Origin: Podarcis bocagei
Lineage: Eukaryota
Assembly: GCA_964188305.1 (NCBI GenBank)
Contig: OZ076897.1
DNA length: 64,000 bases
Direction: 5' to 3' (one strand)
Positions 25,765 to 38,509 of the stretch are shown here, one piece after another (positions within the stretch are counted from its first letter, which is position 1; each line of letters starts with the position of its first letter). The notes beneath the pieces are model-generated. The model did no database searches. It saw nothing but the letters and a program-made list of their open reading frames with translations, and had not been told where the DNA came from. The translations under genes were made by a program, and so were the position numbers.

Positions 25765-25875
25765 TCCCTGGATGTTATCTTCTTTCAAAGTCTTCAAAAC
25801 AGAGTAAAATTTTAGAGTAACCAAAATCCCTGGATGTTATCTTCTTTCAAAGTCTTCAGAACAGAGTAAATTTTT
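25765..25875. repeat. 49-bp direct duplication with 13-bp spacer
   Basis: TCCCTGGATGTTATCTTCTTTCAAAGTCTTCA-AACAGAGTAAA twice. Confidence 0.85.
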
Positions 25876-26185
25876 TGAATGTTTAATATTTGGTGTATGC
25901 AGAAAATGTCCCTTCAAATGGTTTAGTTTAGTACTGTGAAATAGTGAAGCAGAGTTTTAGTTTGCTTTTCACATGCAAAGTACTACTATTACATTTTATT
26001 TTTCCTGACATAGAGTATTGGTTTTTGGATAGTAATCAGTTTTTTAATTATGATATTTTAGATTGTTGAAGTTATTGTGCTTTATGTTATTGTGAGCCAC
26101 CTTGGGTGGGATATGCCCTAAAAGCCCATATGTAAATAAATTACTATAAATAAATATTATTTGTGTTTTCAACTTTTCTTTAAAG

Positions 26186-26324
26186 GAGAGAATGCATTTT
26201 CAAGAGTTCCACTTATAAATGGCCTAATTGGACCAAGCCCCCATCTTCCTCGTACAACTTTGGTTCCGGGAGGAGGTATAGGCTCATTTTCTACAATAGC
26301 ACAGCCACCATACACAGACACAAG
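26186..26324 (+). CDS. KMT2C: KMT2C exon (~ex32): GENAFSRVPLING...YTDTR
   Basis: taaag|GA...AG|gtgagt; 139 nt; NAGNAG acceptor. Confidence 0.88.
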
Positions 26325-26559
26325 GTGAGTAAAATGGAATAATTTGATATATCCTCTACTTCAGCATCGCTATAATGATATTCATTGAACCTATAATGAT
26401 GCTAACAAGTTGGGCTCTCTGATTTCTCTTCTTCCCGGGTTTTAGAGTAACCAAAATTATTAATAATTTTGAGGTGTTGCTAATTTGTGTGTGTTTGTTG
26501 GAATAATGTATTTCCGTTTACTGAAATGAACAAATGCCTATTTTGCTTTGCTTTGCCAG

Positions 26560-26774
26560 GGATAAGAATACAGCATTTAATGCGGTGATGAATGATCCCA
26601 CCAGTTCTTGGGTTCCTTCTGCTACACCACTGGATGGTGAAGGTGATACCATGTCTAACGCGCAGAGAAGCACTCTTAAGTGGGAAAAGGAAGAAGCACT
26701 TGGTGAAATGGCAACTGTAGCACCTGTTTTGTACACAAATATCAATTTTCCAAATCTAAAGGAGGAGTTCCCAG
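26560..26774 (+). CDS. KMT2C: KMT2C exon (~ex33): DKNTAF...LKEEFP (HMG box start)
   Basis: ccag|G...G|gtatgt; 215 nt. Confidence 0.95.
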
Positions 26775-27040
26775 GTATGTTATAAATTGTAGAATCATAA
26801 AATTGGAAGGAACCTTAAAAAATCTTATCTAATCCAACCTCTTGCCAGTACAGGAAGTCCACTGAGTTAAACCTTGCATTACAAATCTGTTAGGCACCAA
26901 TCTTATTTCATAAAGTTCAACTTTTCTGAATTCTGAAAAAGGCAACAGTTTCATGTTTACTGTTTACTGATGCATTGATGATATTCCAAATCAATGCAAA
27001 ACAACAAAATCTTACTCCTTTTTCTCCTCTGCATTCTCAG

Positions 27041-27114
27041 ATTGGACTACAAGAGTGAAGCAAATTGCTAAATTGTGGAGGAAAGCAAGCTCACAAGAAA
27101 GAGCTCCTTATGTG
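27041..27114 (+). CDS. KMT2C: KMT2C exon (~ex34), HMG box: DWTTRVKQIAKLWRKASSQERAPYV
   Basis: ctcag|AT...GTG|gtaatg; 74 nt. Confidence 0.95.
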
Positions 27115-27646
27115 GTAATGATTATTTGCCATTTTTGTTGAAACAGAAAAAAACGTTATGCCTCTGATTTCCATTAATTAGTCTAAAAGTATTTTAAGTT
27201 TTAGAACTGCTATAAAGCACACTGCTTCTGCAAAATGCATTTTACATACATGAATTTCAGTTACTTTTCTTAATTTACTTTTTATGCATTTGGGGCCATA
27301 CTTACTTTCTTCTGACTGCTGTTTTGCATCTCTAAAAACCTAGTGTTGAATTTGCACACTAAACTTTTAAAAAACTGACAGGATGATTTGATCCTCTGGA
27401 AAAGTAAAGATCATGAACATCACCCGGAAATTAATTCCTATAGCTGTTTTTAAATGGTTAAACTGATTATATTATTAACTGAAATGATGTCTGTTGTTTT
27501 TTAATTTCCCATTTGCTCTGTTTAGTGCTTACAGTGGTTAGCTTGATGTCGGATATTGTCCCAATTCTCTTCATATGTTTCATGAAATAGTGAAGCTGCT
27601 GTTGGTGCAAAACACATGGATAGGACTCTTTTTCTTGTACTGTTTT

Positions 27647-27648
<2 letters not shown>

Positions 27649-27686
<38 letters not shown>
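27649..27686. repeat. (GT)19 microsatellite
   Basis: direct reading. Confidence 0.95.
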
Positions 27687-27687
<1 letters not shown>

Positions 27688-27974
27688 GCTAACTGCACCT
27701 TTGATATGACATAGGTGCATTAACCTTACTTTGTGTGTCTAGGAAGATTAGTAGTTCACAGGTACCATAAGACTCTTTGTTTTTGCTACAACAAACAAAC
27801 ATGGCTACCTTTCTGGAAATGTAACCGAGGGTGTCCTAGTTTCTTATTTCCTATGTGAAATTTATTCAAACCCTGTAAACCGTTTGTGGGTTTTGTGTTG
27901 GTAATAAAGAATGGCATTACTTCCAATATCAGTCTAAACAAGTCTAAAAAATTACATGTGTGCTTGTTTTGCAG

Positions 27975-28157
27975 CAAAAAGCCCGAGATAATAGAGCTGC
28001 CTTGCGGATCAACAAAGTGCAGATGTCTAATGATTCCATGAAAAGGCAGCAGCAGCAGGATAGCATTGATCCAAGCTCTCGTATTGACACTGAACTCTTT
28101 AAGGACCCATTAAAGCAGAGGGAATCAGAGCATGAGCAAGAGTGGAAATTTAGACAG
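27975..28157 (+). CDS. KMT2C: KMT2C exon (~ex35): QKARDNRAALRINK...WKFRQ
   Basis: gcag|CAA...CAG|gtgtgt; 183 nt. Confidence 0.95.
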
Positions 28158-29159
28158 GTGTGTTGCATTTGGTCTTTGATTCCCCCTTTTGTCTAGTACA
28201 GCTGTAGAAAGAGCTGCCCTTAATTAACATCAGATGCTAGGAAAGGAAATAGTAGTTTATCATATACTTTGTATATGGGCTGTGTACAGCAAGTATAGGT
28301 AGCCTTTGAAGTGACATCTACATAATCCTAGCACCTTAACTGAGAATTCTCAATTTAAAGTAACAAAAAGTGGGGCTAAAATTAAACTTCCTCCATTTGC
28401 TACCCTTTTGTGACTGGCTCCATCCCCGTACCTCCTCTATGTAGACTGGTAGCCTCAGTAAGTTTTAGGCCCCTCAAATTGAACCTGTGGTTAGAAAGTT
28501 TAAGAAGCCCCACCATACTGCAAATGCCTGAAGAACTCAAAGCCATTTCATAGTTCATCTTCTCGGTGAGGCACCACATGTGTAGAAGGTAATTCTCAAG
28601 TCATAAGCATTTGTAGAGGCTACTCGTAGCTATTACAAATGCATGGAGGATTATTTCCACATAGTGTTTCACAAGAAAGTTAGCAGGTTTCCCCCCACGA
28701 GTGAAATAAAATGTCATTTTGATAGTCAGTGCATTTAGCATATGTAGACCAATGTATTGTGAGCTGCATGCTATGTTAGCTCATGTGCCAAGCCACCATA
28801 GGGATAATTTTGTGTGACATAAGAAACTCAGAATAGGACCTTTAAAAATAAAGTTCATGAGCCTCTGGTACTTTCACCTTGGATGGAATGTCCAAGAAAG
28901 TTATACAGTGTCCCTGTATCTTTTAACAGAGGTTGTCTTTCTTCTGCAAATTTAAGTATATATTCTCAGAGATCTGCACGTTTGATATTAGTCATCTGGA
29001 AGCCTGCATAAATAATATACATATTAGAAATATTTGGCCCCATATCCTTAATTTGTTGGAACTTTTCAAATGACCTTAAAATGTCCTTATGAGTTCTTTA
29101 CTATTGTTTGATTTCCTGATAGTTATAATGCAACCTGGTTTTTTCCTTTCCTGAAACAG

Positions 29160-31193
29160 CAAATGCGTCAGAAAAGTAAACAGCAAGCTAAAATTGAAGC
29201 AACTCAGAAACTTGAGCAAGTGAAAAATGAGCAGCAGCAACAGCAGCAACTGCAACAACAACTTGGGTCACAGCAGCTTTTGAACCAGTCAGGTTCAGAC
29301 ACACCTAGTAGTGGGATTCAAAGTCCTTTAACCCCTCAGACTGGCAATGGAAGTATGTCTCCTGCACAACAGACATTATATACAAAACAGGTTCCTGGTA
29401 CCCCTACTTCTACACCTTCTGATGTTTTCTTAAAGCCACAGGCCCCACCTCCACCTGCGACACCAAATAGAATGCCTGTTCAAGATGCACATTGCCAGGC
29501 ACCATCACAGCAGATGTTTCCTCCTTGCTCCTCTACCAGACCACCTTCTCCTGTTGACCCTTATGCAAAAATGGTGGGAACTCCTAGGCCACCACCTGTT
29601 AACCAAAATCAAAACTTTGTCAGAATAAATTCTGTTACATCAGTAGATATCTGTCCACCCCCTTCACCCCTCTCCAGGCCAGCTCAGGCATCTGAATCAA
29701 CAGGGAGCAGGCCATCACCTGTCAGAGATTCATGTTCTTTGTCTCCAGTCAACAGTGACCCTTATGCAAAAGCTCCTGATACACCCAGGCCTACAATGGG
29801 AACGGAACCTTTCTCCAAACCTCTGGGAATATCAAGATCACCTTTAATTGCAGAACAACCAGGGAAAGGATCTTTATCAGTGGCAAATAGCGACCCCTTT
29901 GCTAAACCACCTCCAAGAACAGATGCGTTTCAAAGGCCCCGGATGTCTCCTGCTGACTCATATGCACGCCCACCATTGACTCCCATTCCTGCTGTTGAGG
30001 GAAGTCCTGGCCCATTTAAAACTCCAATGCGCCCAACTCAGTCCCCACAAGATCCGTACGCTTCAATGCCACCAACCCCACGGCGCATGTCTGTGGACCC
30101 CTACGATCGGCCTGTTTTGACACCAAGGCCAGTAGATAGCTTTTCACACAATCCATCAAATGACCCATATAGTCAGCCTCCTCTGACTCCGCATCCAGCA
30201 ATAAAAGAGACTTTTGCCCACCCACAAAGAGTAGTGCGAAACCAGGGTGATTCTTTTTCTCAGTCTGGAACTATTTCAAGGGCAGTTGCTCAGGACCCTT
30301 ATGCCCAGCCTCCGGGTACTCCTCGGCCTGTTGCAGACCCCTACGCCCAGCCTCCAGGTACTCCTCGGCCTGTCGCAGACCCCTACGCCCAGCCTCCGGG
30401 TACCCCTCGGCCTGTCGCAGACCCCTACGCCCAGCCTCCGGGTACTCCTCGGCCTGTCGCAGACCCCTACGCCCAGCCTCCGGGTACCCCTCGGCCTGTC
30501 GCAGACCCCTACGCCCAGCCTCCGGGTACTCCTCGGCCAGTCACAGACCCCTACGCCCAGCCTCCGGGTACTCCTCGCCCCACTGCTGTTGACCCATACA
30601 TGCATCAGCCACTCACACCAAGACCTGCACAGACTGGAGACTTATTTGCTCAGGTTTCAGCTAATCAAAGGCATTCTGATCCATATGCCCAACCGCCAGG
30701 TACACCAAGGCCGGTTAGTAGTGATCCATATTCTCAACCACCAGCAACACCGAGGCCTGGAATTCCAGAACCTTACAGTAGACCAGCCCTCATGTCAAAT
30801 CGTGATCCTTATCTGCAGGCATCACAGAACAGGACCTTACCTGGGACATTTGTAAGGCCATCAGATCCGTGTTCTCAGCCTCCAAAGCTATTGGGACCTG
30901 CTGTGACAGATTCTTTTAGCCATGCTTCAACAGCACCACCTTGTGATCCTTATGATCAACCTCCAATGACTCCAAGACCTCAGCCAGAAACTTTTGGAAC
31001 CGCTCAGCTTCCCCACGATGTTGCAGATCAGCCAAGATCTGGATCAGAGGGGAATTTGGGCTCATCTGCAAACTCTTCCATGAGCTTGCAGGGAAAACAG
31101 TTCCCCCAAGCTTCTCCTGGCCCAGTACCAACAGCTGGAGCAACAAATACACAGACCACAATGTCTCAGGCAGATGCAGAAAAAATAAGACAA
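29160..31193 (+). CDS. KMT2C: KMT2C large exon (~ex36), Gln/Pro-rich with DPY..PP.TPRP repeats
   Basis: acag|CAA ATG CGT...CAA|gtgagt; 2034 nt; ORF 29163..31247. Confidence 0.96.
30294..30587 (+). repeat. Coding minisatellite, 7 x 42 bp (DPYAQPPGTPRPVA)
   Basis: near-identical tandem units within the 2034-nt exon. Confidence 0.95.
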
Positions 31194-31399
31194 GTGAGTT
31201 TACTGTTGAATAACGTGCTTGTGAAAACCATGAGATGCCAGAGTTGATAGAACTTATCAATTGTGGCTGTGTTGTATCAGTAAGTCATTTCTTTTATACT
31301 ATAAGATGCAGGTTTTTTGTATCCTGTGGCAGTAGTGTTATCATCAGTATCAGGCCTTTAACACTGTCTGTATCCTAGTGAAACCACTTCAGGGTTTAC

Positions 31400-31861
31400 T
31401 GGTGACTACAAAGCCCTGAACAACATAGAACCGAGATACCTGAAGGAACACGTATTCCTTTATTTTCCTTCCTCTGCTTTATTTTCCTTCCTCTGCCAGG
31501 GAGGCCCTTCTGCTTGTCCCATCTCTTGAGGGGTACTCAGTTACACAAAATAGGATCTTCTCAGTGGTGACACCCCAATTGTAGAATAATCTCCCCCTCG
31601 AGATAATGGCTGGTGCGGACATTGTTTAGTGTTTTTAGCACCAGCTAAAAGCTCATCTCTTCCTTCAGGCTTCTGATGCAGAGAGGGGAACTGATTTTGT
31701 GATATTAATACTGGAAGGAGATATGTGTTACTTATGTGCTTTTTCTATGTTCTTCTAATCTTTTATTTACTGTTTGTTCTGTTTTGATGTTTCATTATGT
31801 ATATAACCTGTCCTGGGATTGCTTGCTGATAAAGGGTGGGATAAGAATGAAATAAATAAAT
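31400..31861 (+). mobile_element. Degenerate L2 3' fragment
   Basis: YKALNNIEPRYLKE and FSVVTP remnants; (AAAT)n tail. Confidence 0.65.
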
Positions 31862-31889
31862 GAGCTGAATTGTTTTTGCTCTCTGTCAG

Positions 31890-32194
31890 CGCCAGAAATT
31901 ACGTGAGATTATTCTGCAGCAGCAGCAACAAAAGAAGAATGCAATCCGTCAAGAGAAAATGCCACAAGAGCCTACCATAGCACCTCATGCAGGATCTACT
32001 CAACCATGGCAGCAGCAAGAAAATCTGAACCAGATTTTTAACAGGCCTCCTCCTCCGTATCCTGGGAATATTAGGTCAGCCATTGTCCCTCCCAGCGGAC
32101 TGAGGTTCACAGGTTTTCCCATCGATGGGCAGTTTAATAGACCCCAATTTCCAGGAGATATGGGTGGAATGGCAATGAGACCTCATGGAATTAG
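31890..32194 (+). CDS. KMT2C: KMT2C exon (~ex37): RQKLREIILQQ...RPPPPYPG (PPxY)...HGIR
   Basis: gtcag|CGC...AG|gtatac; 305 nt. Confidence 0.94.
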
Positions 32195-32918
32195 GTATAC
32201 TTCTTGATTTATCTATATGTTTTAAGTGTTGGTTATATTAAGTGACCCTTTAAAAATGTTCCGGTTTAAAATTATATCTTAATGTAATGCCGCAAACACA
32301 TTAAAGGCTACACTCAATCACTTTATCAAACCTGCTGAACATTTGCTTTTCTGTGAAAAACAACGAAGCAGGGGCAAAAATATGTGACCTCTTCAAGTAT
32401 CTTTAATTTCAAAATTGTTCTACAAGTAGGTTTAAATTCTTTAGTGCAAAATATATGACAGAACAAAGGTATGTTCCGGGCAGTAATGAGGCTCTATTGA
32501 GACTGTAGGTTTAAGGGCAGACTATAAATAATATATTGCAAACTTGTATTTCCTTATCGCAGTAAATGCTTGTTTAGCCCAGATAATACATGGATTAGCC
32601 TGAAACTTGATTTTTTTCACTTGTTTTTCTTGATTATTTCAGTAGTTATGTAAATTGCCTTAATTTAAACCAGTCCACTCTGTTTTGACACCTACTCTGG
32701 ATTTCATCAAAATATGAAGATAAGCATGTATTGCTACTTTAGATGTAATGAACATCTAGTCCAATAATTTGTTTCATTAACAGCCAGTCAGAATGTAAAT
32801 TGGATGGCAAAGGTGTCACTTCAATTTATTCAAAAGATATAATATCCCACAAAATTGATTTGTTGTGTAAACTTTCTACAATGTGCAATCCAAGTCAACC
32901 AAATATTTTTTTCCCCAG

Positions 32919-34705
32919 ATTTGGTTTTTCTGGAGGTGGTCATGGTCCTCCACCATGTCAAGAACGTTTCCTTGGGCCTCCCCAGCAAATGCAACGTGCT
33001 GGAGTTCCACCACAACTCAGAAGATCAATTGACATGCCTAGACTCCCTAACAAGCCACAAATGGGCAACCCTATTGGACTCCCACAGCATTTCCCACCAC
33101 AAGGTATTCAGGTTCAACAGCACAACATCATGGGGCAGGCATTTATTGAGCTCTGTCACAGAGCACCCGAAGGCAGGCCAAGACTTCCTTTTAATTCCTC
33201 ATCAGCTGTTACGAACACAGTCCCCCAGCATCAACAACATACAGGATTTGTACCTAGACAGGACTGTCAAGGCCCAAGACACCTAGAGCCCACAAGACGT
33301 AATTCTCAAAGCCTAAACAATCCATTGCATGTGGCAACTGGTTTGGAGCATTTACCGCCAGGTCAGCAAGCTATAGTGAATCCCAACCACCCACCTGTAT
33401 TAGTCATGTGTTCTTTAGGTCATCCACCAGTTAATGATGCTTTTTCAGGTGGTTCTTTGCCAACAGCAACACCTACTGAGGCAGCAAGTGACTTACAGAT
33501 TCCCAACCAACCCACTGATGGATTAGAAGAAAAGCTTGATCCTGATGACTCCTCTGTAAAAGATTTAGATGTCAAGGACCTTGAGGGTGTTGAGGTTAAA
33601 GATTTAGTTGACGAGGACCTTGAAAATCTAAATCTAGACCCAGAAGATGGCAAAGGAGATGAACTGGACACATTAGATAATCTCGAAACAAATGATCGCC
33701 ACCTTGATTACCTCCTAAGATCAGGTGAATTTGACATAATTGCCTACACTGATCCAGACCACGATTTGGGTGACAAAAAAGGTATGTTTAGTGAGGAGCT
33801 AGATCTTAATGTCCCCATAGATGAAATACAAGGCAAAGCAGAAGATACTCAGCAAAAGCAGCAGGATGAAAAACCTGCCACTCCTACAGCACTGTCTCCT
33901 CAGAAAAAAACGGCTGAAGTCAGTGAAATTAAAACAGAAGTTATGTCTCCAAACACATTAGAAGAAACTAAATCTGAAAGTGAAAAAAGAGATGTAAGTG
34001 TGGCATCCTCCGGCACTCAGTTTATGACTGAAACAGAGTTACATGATGGAGAGGCAACATCTGTGATGCCCCATAATGTGGAATTACCTGGCAAAACAAA
34101 TATGAATGAGGAAATCACTGTTCCCAGCTCAGATACTGTTCCGGGCCCTGCTCCAACATCAGCTCAAGGTTCTTGCAATATCTCTGTATCCACTCCTGTT
34201 CTTACAAGTTTGTTAGCTAATGAGAATTCAGAAAACCCTGATGTCGGGCCTCTGGGCTCTCCGCCTAATCCACAGCCAGCAGCACAAATCAACCCTGTTT
34301 CAAGTATGCCGCAAACTTTAATGACATCTGCTGGTCAAACCATGGAAAATACTGTACCTAATGTGAACATGGTTCCACAAATAAGCCATAACTTCTCACA
34401 AGGGACGGTGGTAAATCCAGCCTTTATTCCTGGCCAGACAGCTAATAGCTTTGGGGCAGTGCAGCCTGGTAATCAAACTGTGCCTGCTGTAAATCGACCC
34501 GGCCCCAGTGGTATGCCTGGGCCACAGCCGATGATGATTCCACAAACATTAGCCCAGCAGCAAAACCGAGAGAGGCCTCTTCTGCTAGAAGAACAGCCTC
34601 TTCTGCTGCAAGATCTTTTAGATCAAGAAAGGCAAGAGCAGCAGCAGCAGCGACAGATGCAAGCCATGATTCGCCAGCGTTCAGAGCCATTTTTCCCCAA
34701 CATTG
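32919..34705 (+). CDS. KMT2C: KMT2C large exon (~ex38), acidic block and LxxLL motifs ...PFFPNI
   Basis: cccag|A...G|gtatgt; 1787 nt; ORF 32800..34800. Confidence 0.96.
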
Positions 34706-34764
34706 GTATGTTTTTGTTTTTTTCTTTGATAATGCTAAGTGCCATAGAAACCAACAACCATAGA

Positions 34765-34907
34765 CCGTATTTTTCCGTGTATAACAGCAATTTTGGGTGA
34801 CTCAAAATTAAGAAAATACACTCGGCACTATCCGTGTATAAGACGACCCCAATTTTAAACATTATTTTAACATAAAAAAGCCTAGTCTTACACATGGTAA
34901 AGTATGG
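34765..34907. mobile_element. Short Tc2-like mariner MITE remnant
   Basis: CCGTATTTTTCCGTGTATAA...TCTTACACATGGTAAAGTATGG|TA. Confidence 0.65.
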
Positions 34908-36230
34908 TATTAATACTTGGAATGTCCACCATTTGATAAAATTTATTATCTCTATTGTGTTTTCTAATTTGTTTAATCTGTATGTAGAAAAAAAAGAAAA
35001 TAGAAATTGCAATAGGTCCGAGAGGTTTTCTGTTCCTACAGGGAAAGTGTGTATTCGGAATCCAATAGACATAGCTTGCTGAGCAGCTGAAAGCGTGGAT
35101 TATAGAAGCCGAAATATTCATCTGGTGCCTAGCCTGAAACAATGCTGTCAACTTCAATTGAATTTTGGGGGTGGGGGGCTGCCAGTCCATTTTTACTGGC
35201 CCTCCTAGTATAGGAAGGAGGAATATGAGTGGGAATTTGAGTGAGAAGTAAAGGTGAAGGGAATAATTTGGGACAAGGTGCAGCATATTAGGTGTCTTCC
35301 ACAAGGGGAAGAGCAAATATGCTTCTTCATTCTGCCAAACTCTGTTCATGTTCTCTATTTGCATATGCATTCAAGAGTGTGTGTGTTTCTGTTCAATTGG
35401 ATTGGGCAAGCAGGTGCAGATCAGTTACACTGCCACTCCTTATAACCACATTTCCCACTGGTATATTCTGTTTCCAAACTCCAGTTAATATGTTAGTATT
35501 CTTATTGTCATTGTATAGTCTTTGTTTTGGATTCAGAGCATGGTGTAACATGTTCTGCAGGTGTGAGAATGGCAAAAACTTACTTTTGCTATTCTCATAA
35601 GGCCAAGAATGTCATGTTAGCAAGTCAGTTAGGGAGAGATCACTGCTCCAGCTCTCACTTCAATTTATTGAAATTTGTATACTCAGTTGAAGCAAGCCAG
35701 TAAGAGGAAATCCTTGAGGAAAGACTCTGTCATGAAGGCGACAGGTAGAGTAAAAACCTCAAAGCAAATACATGGGTAGGTGAAAGCAATCTACACAGTC
35801 CATTACCAGGCATCCTTCCCTCTCTCCCTCCAGCACTATGGTTACTTCTCTTGCAAACAAGGTATTATGCTGCTGGCACCAGCTCAGGGCTGGTATAAAG
35901 AGGGAAAATGGCACCTAAGAGAACTGCTTCTGTCTAAAACATTCCCTATGATGCCTATCAGCATTCTAGCATCAATCTATTAGAGTCACCCTGTCTTAAT
36001 GTCGTTTGAACCAATTATTAAGTGTGAATTTCTAAAAAGACCTATAGTAACCACATTAAATTGTCTTTAAAAATAATTGAAATGTCAGTGGGCCAAGTTT
36101 TTCTGTCATAATTATGAAACTTTTAAAAATGGGCTTCAACAGGTTAGCAGTGGTGAACAAATGATATGCTTCTCCACAGTGGCTATTTTATATAATGAAT
36201 ACTTATTCTTCTTAAATTTTGGTTTCATAG

Positions 36231-36342
36231 ATTTTGATGCAATCACTGATCCTATAATGAAAGCGAAAATGGTGGCTCTGAAAGGGATCAATAAAGTAAT
36301 GGCACAGAACAATATGGGCATGCCACAAATGGTCATGAACAG
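36231..36342 (+). CDS. KMT2C: KMT2C exon (~ex39): DFDAITDPIMKAKMVALKG...MNR
   Basis: catag|AT...AG|gtaggc; 112 nt. Confidence 0.95.
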
Positions 36343-36731
36343 GTAGGCAAAGATTGTGACTATTTTAGCGTCTCTTAGATATCAGCATGAGTTTCCGCTC
36401 ACTGAAATTTCAGGTTATTCTGATAGCTGTTACCTTCCTTGGGAGATTAGCAAAGTAAATTTTAGCATTAATTTTACCATTAATCATTAATTTCCTATTT
36501 TGTGATTCATGTCATACACACAAACAGCTGTATTCCTCTGCACATAGCAATAACTCTGTGGTATGCAGAAAAGGGCAGGGGCTGGGAAGGTGAAGCAACA
36601 GACTGTGCATGCTCAGGAGCACACAGTTTCCCTTCTGAGATTAGTTTATATCAAAATCTCATATTATTAACACTTCATTAATTTTAGCTGTGAAACAAAT
36701 CCAAAATGTGATTTTATTTACCCATTACTAG

Positions 36732-36810
36732 ATTTGCCTTTATGGGTCAAGCAGTGCCAGGAGTACCAAGTGGTGAAAGCCAGAATCTTGTCCAGCAAGC
36801 AATCACACAG
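36732..36810 (+). CDS. KMT2C: KMT2C exon (~ex40): FAFMGQAVPG...AITQ
   Basis: ctag|A...CAG|gtaacg; 79 nt. Confidence 0.92.
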
Positions 36811-37278
36811 GTAACGTGTCCTGAAATTTGAAGTAAAGCAGATTTTCGTAAGTGGAATTGTGGTCTAAAAGCTGCTGTGCTATAATGGATAGAGCATTCA
36901 GACAAACCTGCATCCATATCCACAGCCACTAATGTTTTCATGAGTTGAGTAAGTCTCTGGCCTGAAACCCTAGACATTTGAATTGTCCTTACCTGATATG
37001 AGCAGGTGAGTTGCACTGTTACACCTTATTGCAATGATCATCTCTTTGTCAGAGGAGCTCATCATCCCACAAGGGAAGCAGGATGTTTTCTGGACTGGGT
37101 CCATAACTATGCCACAACCTATAACCCAAACCCAGTAGCAGCAGCCTCTTGACCACGTGTTGAATGTAGCCTGAGTGCAGAAATATGTTTCTTGTGCACA
37201 GATTCCCATTCCTCACAGTTTCAGAGCAACTGTAAAACAGAATTTTGTTTAACACACTCTTTCTCCCCCACTTTCAAG

Positions 37279-37342
37279 GATGGAAACCTAACACCGCAGA
37301 TGTCTAGGCCCAACCCTCCAAATTTTGGTCCTGGTTTTGTAA
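37279..37342 (+). CDS. KMT2C: KMT2C exon (~ex41): DGNLTPQMSRPNPPNFGPGFV
   Basis: tcaag|GAT...A|gtaagt; 64 nt. Confidence 0.92.
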
Positions 37343-37997
37343 GTAAGTATATAACTCTCATAAACTGATATTAGACTTTGAAGCCGACTCCATGGGCACA
37401 TATTATATTTCAGAATACACACAGCTTATTTGCAAGCCTATTCAAAGACAATAATTGAATTATGACACAATTAACTGAAATATTCTGAGCCAGTGCATAA
37501 TAAGCTTTTGAAATGTGACAACCTACCGAACTTATAAAATGTGGAAAAACCAGTTGCAGAAACATCTCAGAATAATTAGCCTTGCTTAGATGATAATAAT
37601 ATTTGGGTAATAATAACCAACCTGACATTCATTTTCATATATATTTTATATAAACCTATTTTTAAAAGGGGGAGAGAGATTTTGTAGCCCCATTGTCAGT
37701 TTCAAAGGAGTAGCACTTGATTCCTTGGTTAGGGTAAGAAAAGATTGGCCTTAATTTCTGCCTTGAAAGATGTTAATGCATACTTGCATGCTCCAGATTT
37801 TGTTACATCCTCTTTTCTTATTTTATTCAAAATAATTTATTTTTTCTCTATTACAAAAAGAGAAAGGTGTTAATACTTGGTGTGGGGGGCTGATACAAAA
37901 GAAAATCCCTTCTTTTTGAAATCAGTTTGAAAATGAGATTTGTGAAAGTTTGCAAAATCCATGGTAAGAAAATTGATTTGTTGTGTTTTATCCTTAG

Positions 37998-38230
37998 ATG
38001 ATTCACACAGAAAGCAATATGAAGAATGGCTACAAGAAACACAGCAGCTGCTTCAGATGCAGCAGAAATTCCTTGAAGAGCAAATTGGAGCACACAGAAA
38101 ATCAAAAAAGGCACTATCTGCAAAACAGCGCACTGCAAAGAAAGCTGGTCGAGAATTCCCAGAGGAAGATGCAGAGCAGCTCAAGCATGTTACTGAACAG
38201 CAGAGTATGGTTCAAAAACAGCTTGAACAG
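37998..38230 (+). CDS. KMT2C: KMT2C exon (~ex42), coiled coil: DSHRKQYEEWLQ...KQLEQ
   Basis: ttag|AT...CAG|gtgaga; 233 nt. Confidence 0.95.
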
Positions 38231-38509
38231 GTGAGAGTTTATCAATAACTAAATTGCAAGTGTTGCAACAGCAACAATTTTAAAACTGGCAAAAGAGGAG
38301 GTAGCAATTTTTTATAAAGAAACAAAAGTGTAAGATTCAGAGCCACATAAGTATTTTTAGATTTTCACAAACTCCTGAATTGTTGTCCCCTGTCAAAGCT
38401 ATCATTTTTGAACAGGTTAGAGCAGGTTGCGGTATTCCCAAAATCTAAACCTGGTCTAGTCTAACCTTTGACTTGATTTTGGGACAAAAATGGTCTTGGC
38501 TGCCTACGT

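Noticed and set aside
30247-30855. 202-aa alternative-frame ORF and antisense ORF 30276..30605
   Set aside because: By-products of the stop-free 42-bp repeat; the 202-aa ORF starts at GTG
32800-32918. N-terminal extension of the 666-aa ORF, and similar overhangs on other long ORFs
   Set aside because: Intronic read-through outside the AG/GT splice sites
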